A stretch of DNA of 63,266 nucleotides, counting the filler, from Atractiella rhizophila (taxonomy: Eukaryota): assembly GCA_021432655.1 (NCBI GenBank). It is 10 parts of 10 records of this genome, joined end to end, with 100 filler letters (N's around TTAATTAATTAA, not from the genome) between each part and the next. Parts side by side here need not be neighbours in the genome. Positions count along the whole stretch, not along the records: positions 37,234 to 43,706 come from MU272298.1; positions 43,807 to 50,259 come from MU272299.1; 8 more parts are not named here. One strand, written 5' to 3'. Position numbers and translations under genes: made by a program. Of the stretch, positions 39,545 through 50,359 are shown piece after piece; within the stretch, counting starts at the first letter, position 1, and the number at the start of each line of letters is the position of its first letter. The notes below the pieces were generated by a model that made no database searches, was not told the origin of the DNA, and saw only the letters and a program-made list of their open reading frames with translations.

Positions 39545-41144
39545 TTTTATATTGAGGGCATTTGAGAGGGCCACTGAGTGTGAGATGGATTCCTTCGACG
39601 TTTGACCCCACTCTGCAACCATCTCCGCCCATTTCATCTCGAATTCACGTTCTCCTTCAATCTTCATAGCCATCATAAAGTCCCGAAAGCCTTTCTTTCG
39701 TAGCTCCTTATTCCAGACCTTCTGTACTTTTGAGGCCGCTGTCGCTGCACTTTTAGTCACTGAGATCTTCCAATCTGCCTATTAGTAAGGGCTCGAAGAA
39801 GATGCCAAAGGCAATAATTGATGGAGACCCACGGTTCCACATTCATGAAGGCTAAGGCTTTTGGCTTTGGTGTCCGAGTAATCAATCATGAACTGTGTAA
39901 TCTTCTCCTTCCATGCAGGCAAAGCCTCCATAAGCTTTTGAAGCCATAGTTTGACAGGGTAGTGTTCTCCCAAAGCTGTAAACATCCAAGTCACGGGTTC
40001 TCCTCTTTCAGTGTCTTGATTCTTCACGATTAGCGAATAGAGAAAAGCTTTCGGTCGAGCCTTCCTTCTGTTCCCCTTGCCTCTCTCATTCTCCTCCTCT
40101 TTCTCGTCGTGGCAGGCCTCATCATTATTTCACGCGTCCATGTGAAGGATGTGCCATGTGTGGAGTCCATGCACCCCCTGGAGCCATATCGAATGAGTTG
40201 ATCATGCTGCCATGTGGAGCAGAAAGCAAACATAAGGGAATCATGACTTCCACCTGGAATATAGGCAGGATTCTTCTCCAGAAAACAGAGCCAACCTTTC
40301 GCCTCTAGCTTTTTCTTCCATTTCTCAAGGCTCTTGAATCCATTGGGTCAAGTTCTGCCTTTTCTTTGAGTTTTTTCGCGACCCGATTATAGACATCTGC
40401 TCGTCAGCACCTGAACACATCAGGAATTTCGAAGGCGGCCTGGAAACTTGTATTGAAGGAATGGAACAAAAGTCGTGTGTCTCCTCCTATCCTCGCTCGC
40501 TCCGTGCTCTCAAGTCTGTCAAAGGATTGTCGCATCAGGGCTTTGATTGCTCGTCAGTCCATATTGTGAGCCACTTTGTCATCTAACCAGGCACTGAGCT
40601 TGGGAGGTAAACGGGAACGCTGAAAGTCAACAAGTGAGTGAGGGTTGTGACCATCATGCATCTCGTTCTACGTAATCTGAAGAATAGGTTTCCCACATAA
40701 TTTCGCTATTGTTAGCCATGCTCGACAGCCCACACGGGTAGAAGGAGCTTGCTGAGGTCGAAGCATAGGAGCTGGTCGATCAATGGGCTGGCGAGAATGA
40801 TTGCAGCACCAGTACTGGATCCAATCGTAAGCTTCTTTCCTCCCACCTAATATCTCTGTGAGCCGTGTCTGATATGTGATCATAGACTAGCCTCTTCCTT
40901 TCTTGCCCTCCTGCATATTCTTCTGGGTTCTTGCTTTATTTGAGGGTTTATTCTCGTCTTGATATTCCTTCAGGCGCCATTGCGTCGCCCCGTCATGTTC
41001 AAAATCCCAGAAATCCTCAAGTTCTTCCTCCAGAATTTCTATTTCTTCCTTTCCTTCCACTTTTTGTTTCTTTCTTTTCTGTGTGCCCCCTTCGTCTTCC
41101 TTCTTTTCGTACACCCTTTTTGAGCTTATGTGGACAGCATTCAC
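39545..41144 (-). mobile_element. Mutator/MULE-like transposase relic
   Basis: Zn-ribbon-like YWCCNH...STRVGCRAWL...HDGHNP, then FAFCSTWQ, CMDSTHGT, GEPVTWMFT and FMIDYSD. Several stops and frameshifts. Confidence 0.7.
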
Positions 41145-41169
41145 AAGACGTGTGCTTGTTGAATAGTCT

Positions 41170-43055
41170 GGATTGGTTGTGAGAATAGTTTGGACGCTGT
41201 TTCTTCTCTGTTTACGGATTCACCTTCTACAACGGTAAAGTTACGGGCAGATCTTGAGAAAGAACATCCTTCATTGCTTATTGGGCCATGTTCTCTGCAT
41301 CACTTTGCTCTTTTGATCCGTGACATTTGTAGTTTTGTCGAAGCTTCTTCACTTATTAAAGAAAATTCTGCTATTATTCGCTTTTACAACTTCTCATATT
41401 TGGAAAGCCAGATTAGGCGACATACACAAGCTTGAGAATGTTACCTGTGGCTTGAGAAGTGAAGTCGCAAACAAGATGGTACTATATTGGACATCTCCTC
41501 CATGCTCTTATTGGTCACAAGTATGATGTCTATCTTTTCACTTATTGACAGATCCACTAATGTAAATGTTAGTATTAGGTCTGCTTTCGGAAAGATTAGC
41601 ATGCATTTAGAGGCAACAGATCGCAAGGGGACGGGTATCAATGCCAATGTCCTCACTTCACTGCGTCGTATCTCCTTCTTCCCAGACAACAAGCTCCTTC
41701 TCAGGGTTGTCGGTCCTGTAGTGGATACGATTGGAAAGCTGGAGAGGTCCGACTGCAGGTTGGCCGACGTTGCGCTTGAGCTGCTTTATCTTGCAAAGCA
41801 CTTCGATCAAATGGATTTGGAGCAAGAGGAAGACCCCGATTGAGTATGCAGTTTCATGTTTCAAGACCATCGATTCCGACCTCCTTTTCGTCGCCCTTTA
41901 CCTTCATCCAATGTGCCGTGGAATTGCCGTCTCCCGACACGTAGCGAACTCTAGCAACCTCACCGATGTCAAATCCTTCTTACTTCGACTTGCAGAGTGC
42001 TGGAAGCTTTCCAGCAAAGCCTCCGCCCTTCTTTGCGACAATGTCGACGAGTATCATAACTTTGAGGGGAAGTTTGCGGAAACCTCCCTTAATGCTGAAG
42101 TATTGGGAGGAATTGGCCCTTCCTCCATCGCAATATCCACTCATTTCCGTCGCCACTCACATCTTCAGCGTGGTTCCACATGCTGGGGTTGATGAAAGTA
42201 CCTTTTCTGTTCTCAGTCGCATTCATACTCGAGATCGCAATCCTCTTACAGTCTCCAAGCTCAAGCAATTGGTCATGATCAAGCGATGGACCACTTCAAC
42301 AAGAGAGAGAAAGGAGAAGGGAAAGAATTTCAACGGAGAAAAGGGGAAGACAAGACAAGTTGGAGACACAAACCGTCAAGGAGATGAAGGTTTGTTTTTT
42401 CCAATTTCTTGATGATCTTGCAAGCTATTTACACCGTAGATTACAACGAGCTGGATATCATTGGAAACCTTGAGGAAGCTGTATCTGCCGATGAGGATCT
42501 TGTAACCACTTTACTGCAGGAGTTGAAGAAGGCAAAGGAGGAAATGGCTGAAGCGACACGACTTGGACGAGAGTCACCTTCCCCGACCCTCTGACCACTG
42601 CAGTCTCATTGCTTACGACGGGATGCTTCAGAATGTAACAGTAGCTAGGACGACGAGACCGTCATTGTCGGAACATCAGGGCACTGCAGATTTGGTGCCA
42701 TGGAATGCAAATGAAATTCTTCAAGTAAATCTCGCGAAGTCTCAGCAGTGACACGGCAACGAAGAGCGCTTCTCAAGGAGTGAAGGAGGGTCGTCTTCTG
42801 TGGTATGTATTCCTGCAGCTTTCCTGATGGTTCGAAGAGCAGAAGATTCAAGATCAGATGTCGCGAGCAAGCATGCCTGTCTCAATTGACCATTTGAGCC
42901 ATAGGAATCCCTTTATTACATGCTTCTTTGAAATAAATGATATTGCCTGACTGCTAGATATGCCTACAATCCTCTGAAACTGCAATTTAGCGTTCTGTAC
43001 TTCTGCCATGGCAATACCTTATGTTCTGCCACGCCCCAAAATCGTATTGCCCCTA
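41170..43055 (+). mobile_element. hAT-like transposase relic with a probable right terminus
   Basis: TDSPST...PCSLHHFALLIRDI, PVVDTIGKLE..DCRLAD, ALYLHP, and the C-terminal dimerisation motif YW...IFSVVPHAGVDESTFS...TRDRNPL. Frameshifted. Ends in ...GTATTGCCCCTA. Confidence 0.75.
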
Positions 43056-43972
43056 AGGCTACGTAAAGCTCTATAATTGACATCATCATCATCATCAAGG
43101 CGGCTCGGACATGTCGGGTCCGCTGTCACTTCCCTCCCGCTCTCTCAGGCGACATTGGCGAGCTTCAGCGTCTTCAACATTGGTGATAGCGCGAAGCCTC
43201 CTTCTGCTTCCGTATTATTCGCCCATCCTTAGGATCTCCTCAGACTCCAGCTCAGACTCCTTCCTCGTCCCCTACACGATACGCGGCCTGGGTTTCTTTA
43301 CCCTTAGCCGTTTCATAGCGATTTGGATGATTTTTTATTTGCGGTCTTCAAGAGAGATCGCATAGCGACAGGCAGGCATTGACGACAAACGCGCTCTTAC
43401 TCACATCCGGCAAGCTGGACCTGCTACACTATTTGTCGCCACCAGCTTCTCTTTGTTCAAACATTGCATCTTTGTTGCCCTTCATCGAACACGGTGAAAG
43501 GGAACCAGCCTTGTGTGACGACCTTGCTCGAAGATTTAAAACATTCACTTTCTGCTCCTACTACCTGCGAAGACGGTGCGATCCAACATGACATCTTCAC
43601 AATATCCACGAGATTGTACAACTGGGGAACCTCAGGATCCTGGAGGAGGCAGGGCTAGCCCTGATTCAACGGCTACCAACTCCAGGCGATTCTCTCATCC
43701 CTTCCTNNNNNNNNNNNNNNNNNNNNNNNNNNNNNNNNNNNNNNNNNNNNTTAATTAATTAANNNNNNNNNNNNNNNNNNNNNNNNNNNNNNNNNNNNNN
43801 NNNNNNGGTTGCTACCTTGCCCACATCGATACGGTTATTGGGAGAAGCTGAGTTCGTGGAAAGCGCATAAGCAACTGTGAACAGGAATGTAAGGTAAAAG
43901 CATTGTGATGTGAGAGAGGCGCAAAGGGGCCGTCGAAGAGTCAAGCAACGATTGAGAGTGAACGACATCATA

Positions 43973-45010
43973 TTAAGCATAAACAAATTGGAAACTGTAC
44001 TAACCAATCAGCATTCCCATCCTCCTTCTCACGACAAGAGAATGACGAACCTATAAGTCTTCGTATCCAAATCCCAATGACTCCAACTCTTTCCTTCCGT
44101 AGCATCGATCTCTTTGGCCTGTATCCTGAAAGATATCGTTTGGTAGGGTTCAGCTGCAATCTGCTCCCAAAATATTATCACCACTTCAGCTGTAGCTTAC
44201 TGGTTTTAAGGAAGGTAACGACGTACAAGGACGTATTGCCAGTCCTTATTAGGTGCCTCGACATGTTGCTCGAAAGAAGACATGAAACGGTGTCGCGGTT
44301 TCACGCCTTCCTTGATTTGGGGATAATGGACCTGAAACAAGAGTCCCAACTGACCAGTGATGGGGTCTCGAACCTTGGTAACCTATACCAACCAACCATC
44401 AACAAGGAGGCTGTAGGTCGGGAGGCACCCACTCTATATCCAGGGCTTCCAATCTTGATAAAGCTCTTCAAAGGCGTTTTGTTAGCCTGTACAACGGCCG
44501 CCTGGTGCGCTGCCAGCTGAGCCTGGTAAAGGGACGAGTCCTTCGCATCTTTCGCCGCTCGTCGTGCGAGGTTCGTCTGGTGCTTTTTACCCTGAGTGTG
44601 CGCGAGGTAGGACCCTTCGTTGGTGTGCAGGGTGAGACAGAGACGGCATTCGAGTCCCCCAAGGTGGTTGCGGAGGATGTAGGGGTCCTGAAATCATCAC
44701 CACAGGATGCGTTAGGTTACTTCGTGCTGTAGGTGTGGGAGAAGAGGAGGAAAGGACGGGCTTTGGCTAAGTCAATGGTTTCTAGAGCAAGCTTTCGTAG
44801 TCGCTCCCGACGGTCTACGTTCGTTTCTGAAGCCCCTGCCACACCTCCACCACCAAATTTCGAGCCGACACGATTCTAATTTCGGTCATCCAGTCGCGAA
44901 TGAGCTTCCGGCAGAGCACGAAAAGACTGGATAAGCCACGCACCTGGAAATCTATTTGCATTTCACAACGCTCAGCAGAGAGCAACAGTAGAGAGGGAGA
45001 GCTTACCCAT
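43973..45010 (-). CDS. SF3A2: Splicing factor 3A subunit 2 (SAP62/Prp11)
   Basis: Spliced: MDFQNRVGSKFGGGGVAG...RRERLRKLALETIDLAKDPYILRNHLGGLECRLCLTLHTNEGSYLAHTQGKKHQTNLARRAA, FIKIGSPGY, PRHRFMSSFEQ, AAEPYQTISF, WSHWDLDTKTYSFQF. Confidence 0.95.
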
Positions 45011-46422
45011 GGTACGATATCGTCACGGCTTGAGCTCTCTCAAAGGCAAACAGAGGGAAATGTCCGTCGGGTCTGGAAGTTTTTCAAGGCAGTCACATTA
45101 AGTGTCTGTCTCCGGCAATGTAGTAGGACGACTTACCCTGTTATTACGTGTAACAAATTGAGTGCTCGAATTCGATGGCGTTAATGCCGTCGCCCTCTGA
45201 ACTTGCAGTGCCGGAACCGATGCAATAAGACAAGGAACTTTGCAAACCTTATTCGCCACCCCTTGAAATACAACACGTTGAAGGACGGTTAGGCTACACT
45301 GGGGAAGCTCTGGTGGGAGCGAGGTAGAATATGCAGAGTTTGTGATGGAATATAATCGAATTTCTACTGATTAGGAGGTGCGCCGGACTCATTCCACCAT
45401 TGCTGTTGCGAAATATAGAGCCTGTTTGGATCGCGATACCTGCTCTCTTGTTTCTCAGTATATATGCAGGAACAGTTTACTTATTCTTGTGATGTTTTAA
45501 GATACATGTACTTTCTCTGTCATGGGCTACCAAACAATATGAGCTCATATCTCGCGGTCTTCGCGAGACGTTCATTGACTTCTTTAAGTCAGCTGCAGGG
45601 AACATAAGATGTCCCTCTCCTAGCTTACCTCTATTTTCAGGCGAAAAGAGAGCGCGACGCATCATTACATGAGGGACAACGGCTGCCTCAGTGGCCCTTG
45701 CAAATTCACTCAGCACATCAGTTCTCAGTTGCTGCCGAATGTCTTCATCTTCTTTCTTGTTATATGATATCTCTATCTTTACTATTAGGAAAGTCATGGA
45801 AGGTTGTATTAGCCAGATTAGACGAAGAAATGTAGCCTTGCTGGAATCCTTTCTCCCGTTCTTCACTCGCGGATTGATGAATAAGTTGCCTTTCCTTCTT
45901 GGCAGCACGCATTTCATGCTGAAGCAGCAAATGAAGTTCAGTTTGACTGAAGGATATGTCTCCTAAGCTGGTACGGAAAGGGCCACGGAAACTTCCTGAT
46001 TTCCCGGGAGTATTCCCAAAAAACCGTCTTCCCTCTTGCATCTCATGGTGCGATGTTCTAGTTTTTTCTTACCCATCCTGTGCCTCATGCATCTTGTATT
46101 CTCTGCCCCCCCTCAGACAAAAATGTCGTACTCGCCAAGCATCTGTCCCCCCTTCGGAACTCTCCGTTTATGATTGCTCATGTCAGGCTCCACTTACTCT
46201 CGGGGCGATATTATCCATTTCCGCCTCAAATCCCTTTTGGCCAGCGCGATGGTCCGGTATAGACGCTCCTTCCTAACCCGACTTACTTCGTAGCGGGGGA
46301 GAGGGAAGGAGATATTTGGTCTTGCTGCAATTGCCGGGCTGACCTATAAAATGAGTTAGGCCTTCGATGGTCCCTCAACCAGCAATTCAAGTCGGTTCCA
46401 TCATCTACAATTCTTATTGAAA

Positions 46423-47217
46423 ATGCTCCACCTCTTTGCCCTTCTTGCTCTCCTAGTTCCCCCTTGGTTAAGGCGATGCCTACGCCAGAGGCTGCGCAGG
46501 CACAGGAGATGCATGAGTNNNNNNNNNNNNNNNNNNNNNNNNNNNNNNNNNNNNNNNNNNNNNNNNNNNNNNNNNNNNNNNNNNNNNNNNNNNNNNNNNN
46601 NNNNNNNNNNNNNNNNNNNNNNNNNNNNNNNNNNNNNNNNNNNNNNNNNNNNNNNNNNNNNNNNNNNNNNNNNNNNNNNNNNNNNNNNNNNNNNNNNNNN
46701 NNNNNNNNNNNNNNNNNNNNNNNNNNNNNNNNNNNNNNNNNNNNNNNNNNNNNNNNNNNNNNNNNNNNNNNNNNNNNNNNNNNNNNNNNNNNNNNNNNNN
46801 NNNNNNNNNNNNNNNNNNNNNNNNNNNNNNNNNNNNNNNNNNNNNNNNNNNNNNNNNNNNNNNNNNNNNNNNNNNCGGCTTCGGACAGGGGACTCTACGG
46901 ATCTTTGCTATGGGATATCTTCCCTCATCACTGCTTCGATTCCCAGAGCATGGGACAATACCGGTAAGTCACTTTTTGTTCATTCTTGACTTAGTTCATT
47001 AACTTTGACTTTTAGGGAAGGTGCGAGATGTCTGTTACCCCGGTAAGTTTATCGCCATCTTTTTCGTTAATGCGCTAGACTGATGCACCGTCTAGGTGAT
47101 GGGGTGTGTTGTGGTCTAGCCATCACAGCGCCACATTTGCTTTACGGCACAGATCCTGGCACTCAGACTTTGGGTACTACATTCATTACCTCCAGGTTGA
47201 GGGCTGCTGGTTTGTGA
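46423..47217 (+). CDS. Secreted cutinase-like esterase (CE5; resembles basidiomycete-yeast CLE-type enzymes); middle hidden by an N gap
   Basis: Signal peptide MLHLFALLALLVP after a TATA-like CTATAAAA (~46344). Spliced C-terminus SIPRAWDNTGKVRDVCYPGDGVCCGLAITAPHLLYGTDPGTQTLGTTFITSRL carries the cutinase C-x3-D-x2-C and His motif. Confidence 0.8.
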
Positions 47218-47629
47218 TGTGATCAAAACAAAAGGATGGAACATGGAACCAGAATTCATTTTTGCCGAAGTAAACTCTCATCTACAATCAATGAAGCTTT
47301 TTGGAATGGAGAAGTTGCCACAGCCCAACACGATTCATAGTTTCCGTCATCATAAGTTTCCAGGGAGGAGTTTGGCATCTTGAACGAAAATTTTCATCTA
47401 CTTAGCGGTTCGTGATCCGGGTTCACATGGAGCAGCCATGGTAAGTTAGAGTACAACCTCGCATATTTGCAAAGCTAGCTACGACTCTCTATGTGGGGAA
47501 AGCTAGATTTGAGACAATCCGACTCAAGACTATATGCCACAGAGTTTAGCGGAGTATTTATTCGTCACGTAGCAGACAGAAATGACGGTTCGGGATGTGT
47601 GGAACCTACAATGCTTATAAAGCTCATCT

Positions 47630-49069
47630 ATATTACAATGATGAAGCGTCTATGAGGATTTTGACCAATGGAAGATAGTGGACCGTTAAGGGAATCCTGC
47701 TTGGTAGCAAGCTCTTCATTCTGCTTGGAGGCCTGGATAGCAAGGAGGAGTCCCTAGACAAAAGCAGCAGTTTACATCAGAGCGCACATTCCCACAATTA
47801 AGGCAAATATACTCCCCCAGATTATGAAATGTTGTCCTCGAATGTTTCGACTGATATCCCGCTTCAAAGATTGATGCCATGACTTGCGGTACTTGATCAG
47901 CCTGTCCAAGTTGTCTATCCTAGTTGCTAGAACCTAGCAGTGAATCAGTTGTGGAGAACGAGTTAAGGTGGACTGTCTCACATTTGGACTCGTGCTCATC
48001 ATTTTGCCATATATTCGCATCGCCCGATTGACAAGCATTTGTTGCCTTTCTGATGTTGGTATTAGGCGATGAGCCTTTGCCAGCTCGAAAGTATGATCCG
48101 CCCCAAAAAGTCCATGAAGTGAGGCCAGAACCTCAGCACCCAAGGACTGAACATCCAATGCACTGATAAGGCCATCAGCTTCATTTGATGACATGACTGG
48201 GCTGGGAATCTTACATGGCAAGCCGATTACAGTCGAAGTGTGTAAGGCTAATGAGATGCTCCTCCTCCTCACAACGCAAAATCCTCACCTCCTCCTTCAC
48301 GGTTGTCAAATGGTCCTCGACCTTCGATGTAGTCGCTACTTTTAATCCCGCGGCTAAAATATCTTCAAGGCTGATATTGAACGAGCGAGGTCTAGCCGTG
48401 GTTCTCATAGGCGGAAAGATGGTATGAAATGACTCCTTGAACGTTGAGCATGAACTGCCTGCATCCGTACACGATAGGATGTTGAAAAACATTCCGCGAG
48501 CATTGGGGCAGCAACCCTGTCAAGCGTTGTGAGGACACAAATGAATACAAAGAGCTGGAATGACTGACAGATCCTGATAGTTGAGGTACATTATCAGTTC
48601 TATATCCTTCGCGCCATTGGAGTGTGTTCCCAATCAGTTTGGAAAATTCTTGAACACATCCCTCTGGATCCTCTTCGATGAATTCCACAAGAGCTTTATG
48701 AAGTTGGATAACTTCGGCTGGCCCAGTACAACTAGCAGAATCGGTAAGCACCCGATGGCTTATTTCGATTGGATGTGGTCGCTTATTGGTGAATCCGAAG
48801 TAGTGAGTAGCATCACGGCGGTATAAGGCGTTGATCAAGTTCTCTCTGTCTCGGGGTGACCATGCACCGGAGGGTGCTAGGATGTCCCATGCGCTTCGCG
48901 GTACGTGATCATTTTCGACGCTGCCCTCAGGACTGGTCGACCAGTTAAGTGTGAATAGACTGAGTCGCGGAGATCTTACGAAGAGCTGTGCCACCGTAAT
49001 TGGGGACCCATTTATAAGTATGTTTCCCAGGAACCTGAGGATCTGAAGCGAGAGACCAATGCGACACAT
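47630..49069 (-). CDS. Uncharacterised fungal protein with a hydrophobic C-terminus
   Basis: Exons RENLINALYRRD..., FNISLEDILAAGLKVATTSKVEDHL, AEVLASLHGLFG, KSWHQSLKRD...HFIIWG. Exon boundaries are approximate. Confidence 0.45.
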
Positions 49070-50210
49070 CGTGAACAGTCAACTTCCTCTCCTTTATGAG
49101 CGTCAATGAGCGCTAAGAGCCCGCATTTTCGACACATTTTCGAGCTCGTACGTGTGTAAAAAGTCCATGAAGTGAGGCCAGAACCTCAGCACCCAAGGAC
49201 TGAACATCCAATGCACTGATAAGGCCATCAGCTTCATTTGATGACATGACTGGGCTGGGAATCTTACATGGCAAGCCGATTACAGTCGAAGTGTGTAAGG
49301 CTAATGAGATGCTCCTCCTCCTCACAACGCAAAATCCTCACCTCCTCCTTCACGGTTGTCAAATGGTCCTCGACCTTCGATGTAGTCGCTACTTTTAATC
49401 CCGCGGCTAAAATATCTTCAAGGCTGATATTGAACGAGCGAGGTCTAGCCGTGGTTCTCATAGGCGGAAAGATGGTATGAAATGACTCCTTGAACGTTGA
49501 GCATGAACTGCCTGCATCCGTACACGATAGGATGTTGAAAAACATTCCGCGAGCATTGGGGCAGCAACCCTGTCAAGCGTTGTGAGGACACAAATGAATA
49601 CAAAGAGCTGGAATGACTGACAGATCCTGATAGTTGAGGTACATTATCAGTTCTATATCCTTCGCGCCATTGGAGTGTGTTCCCAATCAGTTTGGAAAAT
49701 TCTTGAACACATCCCTCTGGATCCTCTTCGATGAATTCCACAAGAGCTTTATGAAGTTGGATAACTTCGGCTGGCCTAGCATAGCTAGCAGAATCGATAA
49801 GCACCCGATGGCTTATTTCGATTGGATGTGGTCGCTTATTGGTGAATCCGAAGTAGTGAGTAGCATCACGGCGGTATAAGGCGCTGATCAAGTTCTCTCT
49901 GTCTCGGGGTGACCATGCACCGGAGGGTGCGAGGATGTCCCATGCGCTTCGCGGTACGTGATCATTTTCGACGCTGCCCTCAGGACTGGTCTACCAGTTA
50001 AGTGTGAATAGACTGAGTCGCTGAGATCTTACGAAGAGCTGTGCCACCGTAATTGGGGACCCATTTCTAAGTATGTTTTCCAGCAACCTGGGGATCTGAA
50101 GTGAGAGACCAATGTGACACATCGTGAACAGTCAACTTCCTCTCCTTTATGAGCGTCAATGAGTGCTAAGAGCCCGCATTTTCGACACATTTTCGAGCTC
50201 GTACGTGTGT
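48105..50210. repeat. 1,053-bp direct tandem duplication (48105-49157 / 49158-50210)
   Basis: Both copies start AAAAAGTCCATGAAG and end GTACGTGTGT; the ORF track shows duplicated ORFs offset by 1,053 bp. Confidence 0.95.
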
Positions 50211-50359
50211 GACGTTTCGTTCTAACGGTTGTAGCCGTTTATGAAGTCTGCTGAATTGANNNNNNNNNNNNNNNNNNNNNNNNNNNNNNNNNNNNNNNNN
50301 NNNTTAATTAATTAANNNNNNNNNNNNNNNNNNNNNNNNNNNNNNNNNNNNNNNNNNNN

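Noticed and set aside
45250..46280. Overlapping short minus-strand ORFs between SF3A2 and the cutinase
   Set aside because: No recognisable motif or consistent splice model; possibly decayed coding or transposon sequence.
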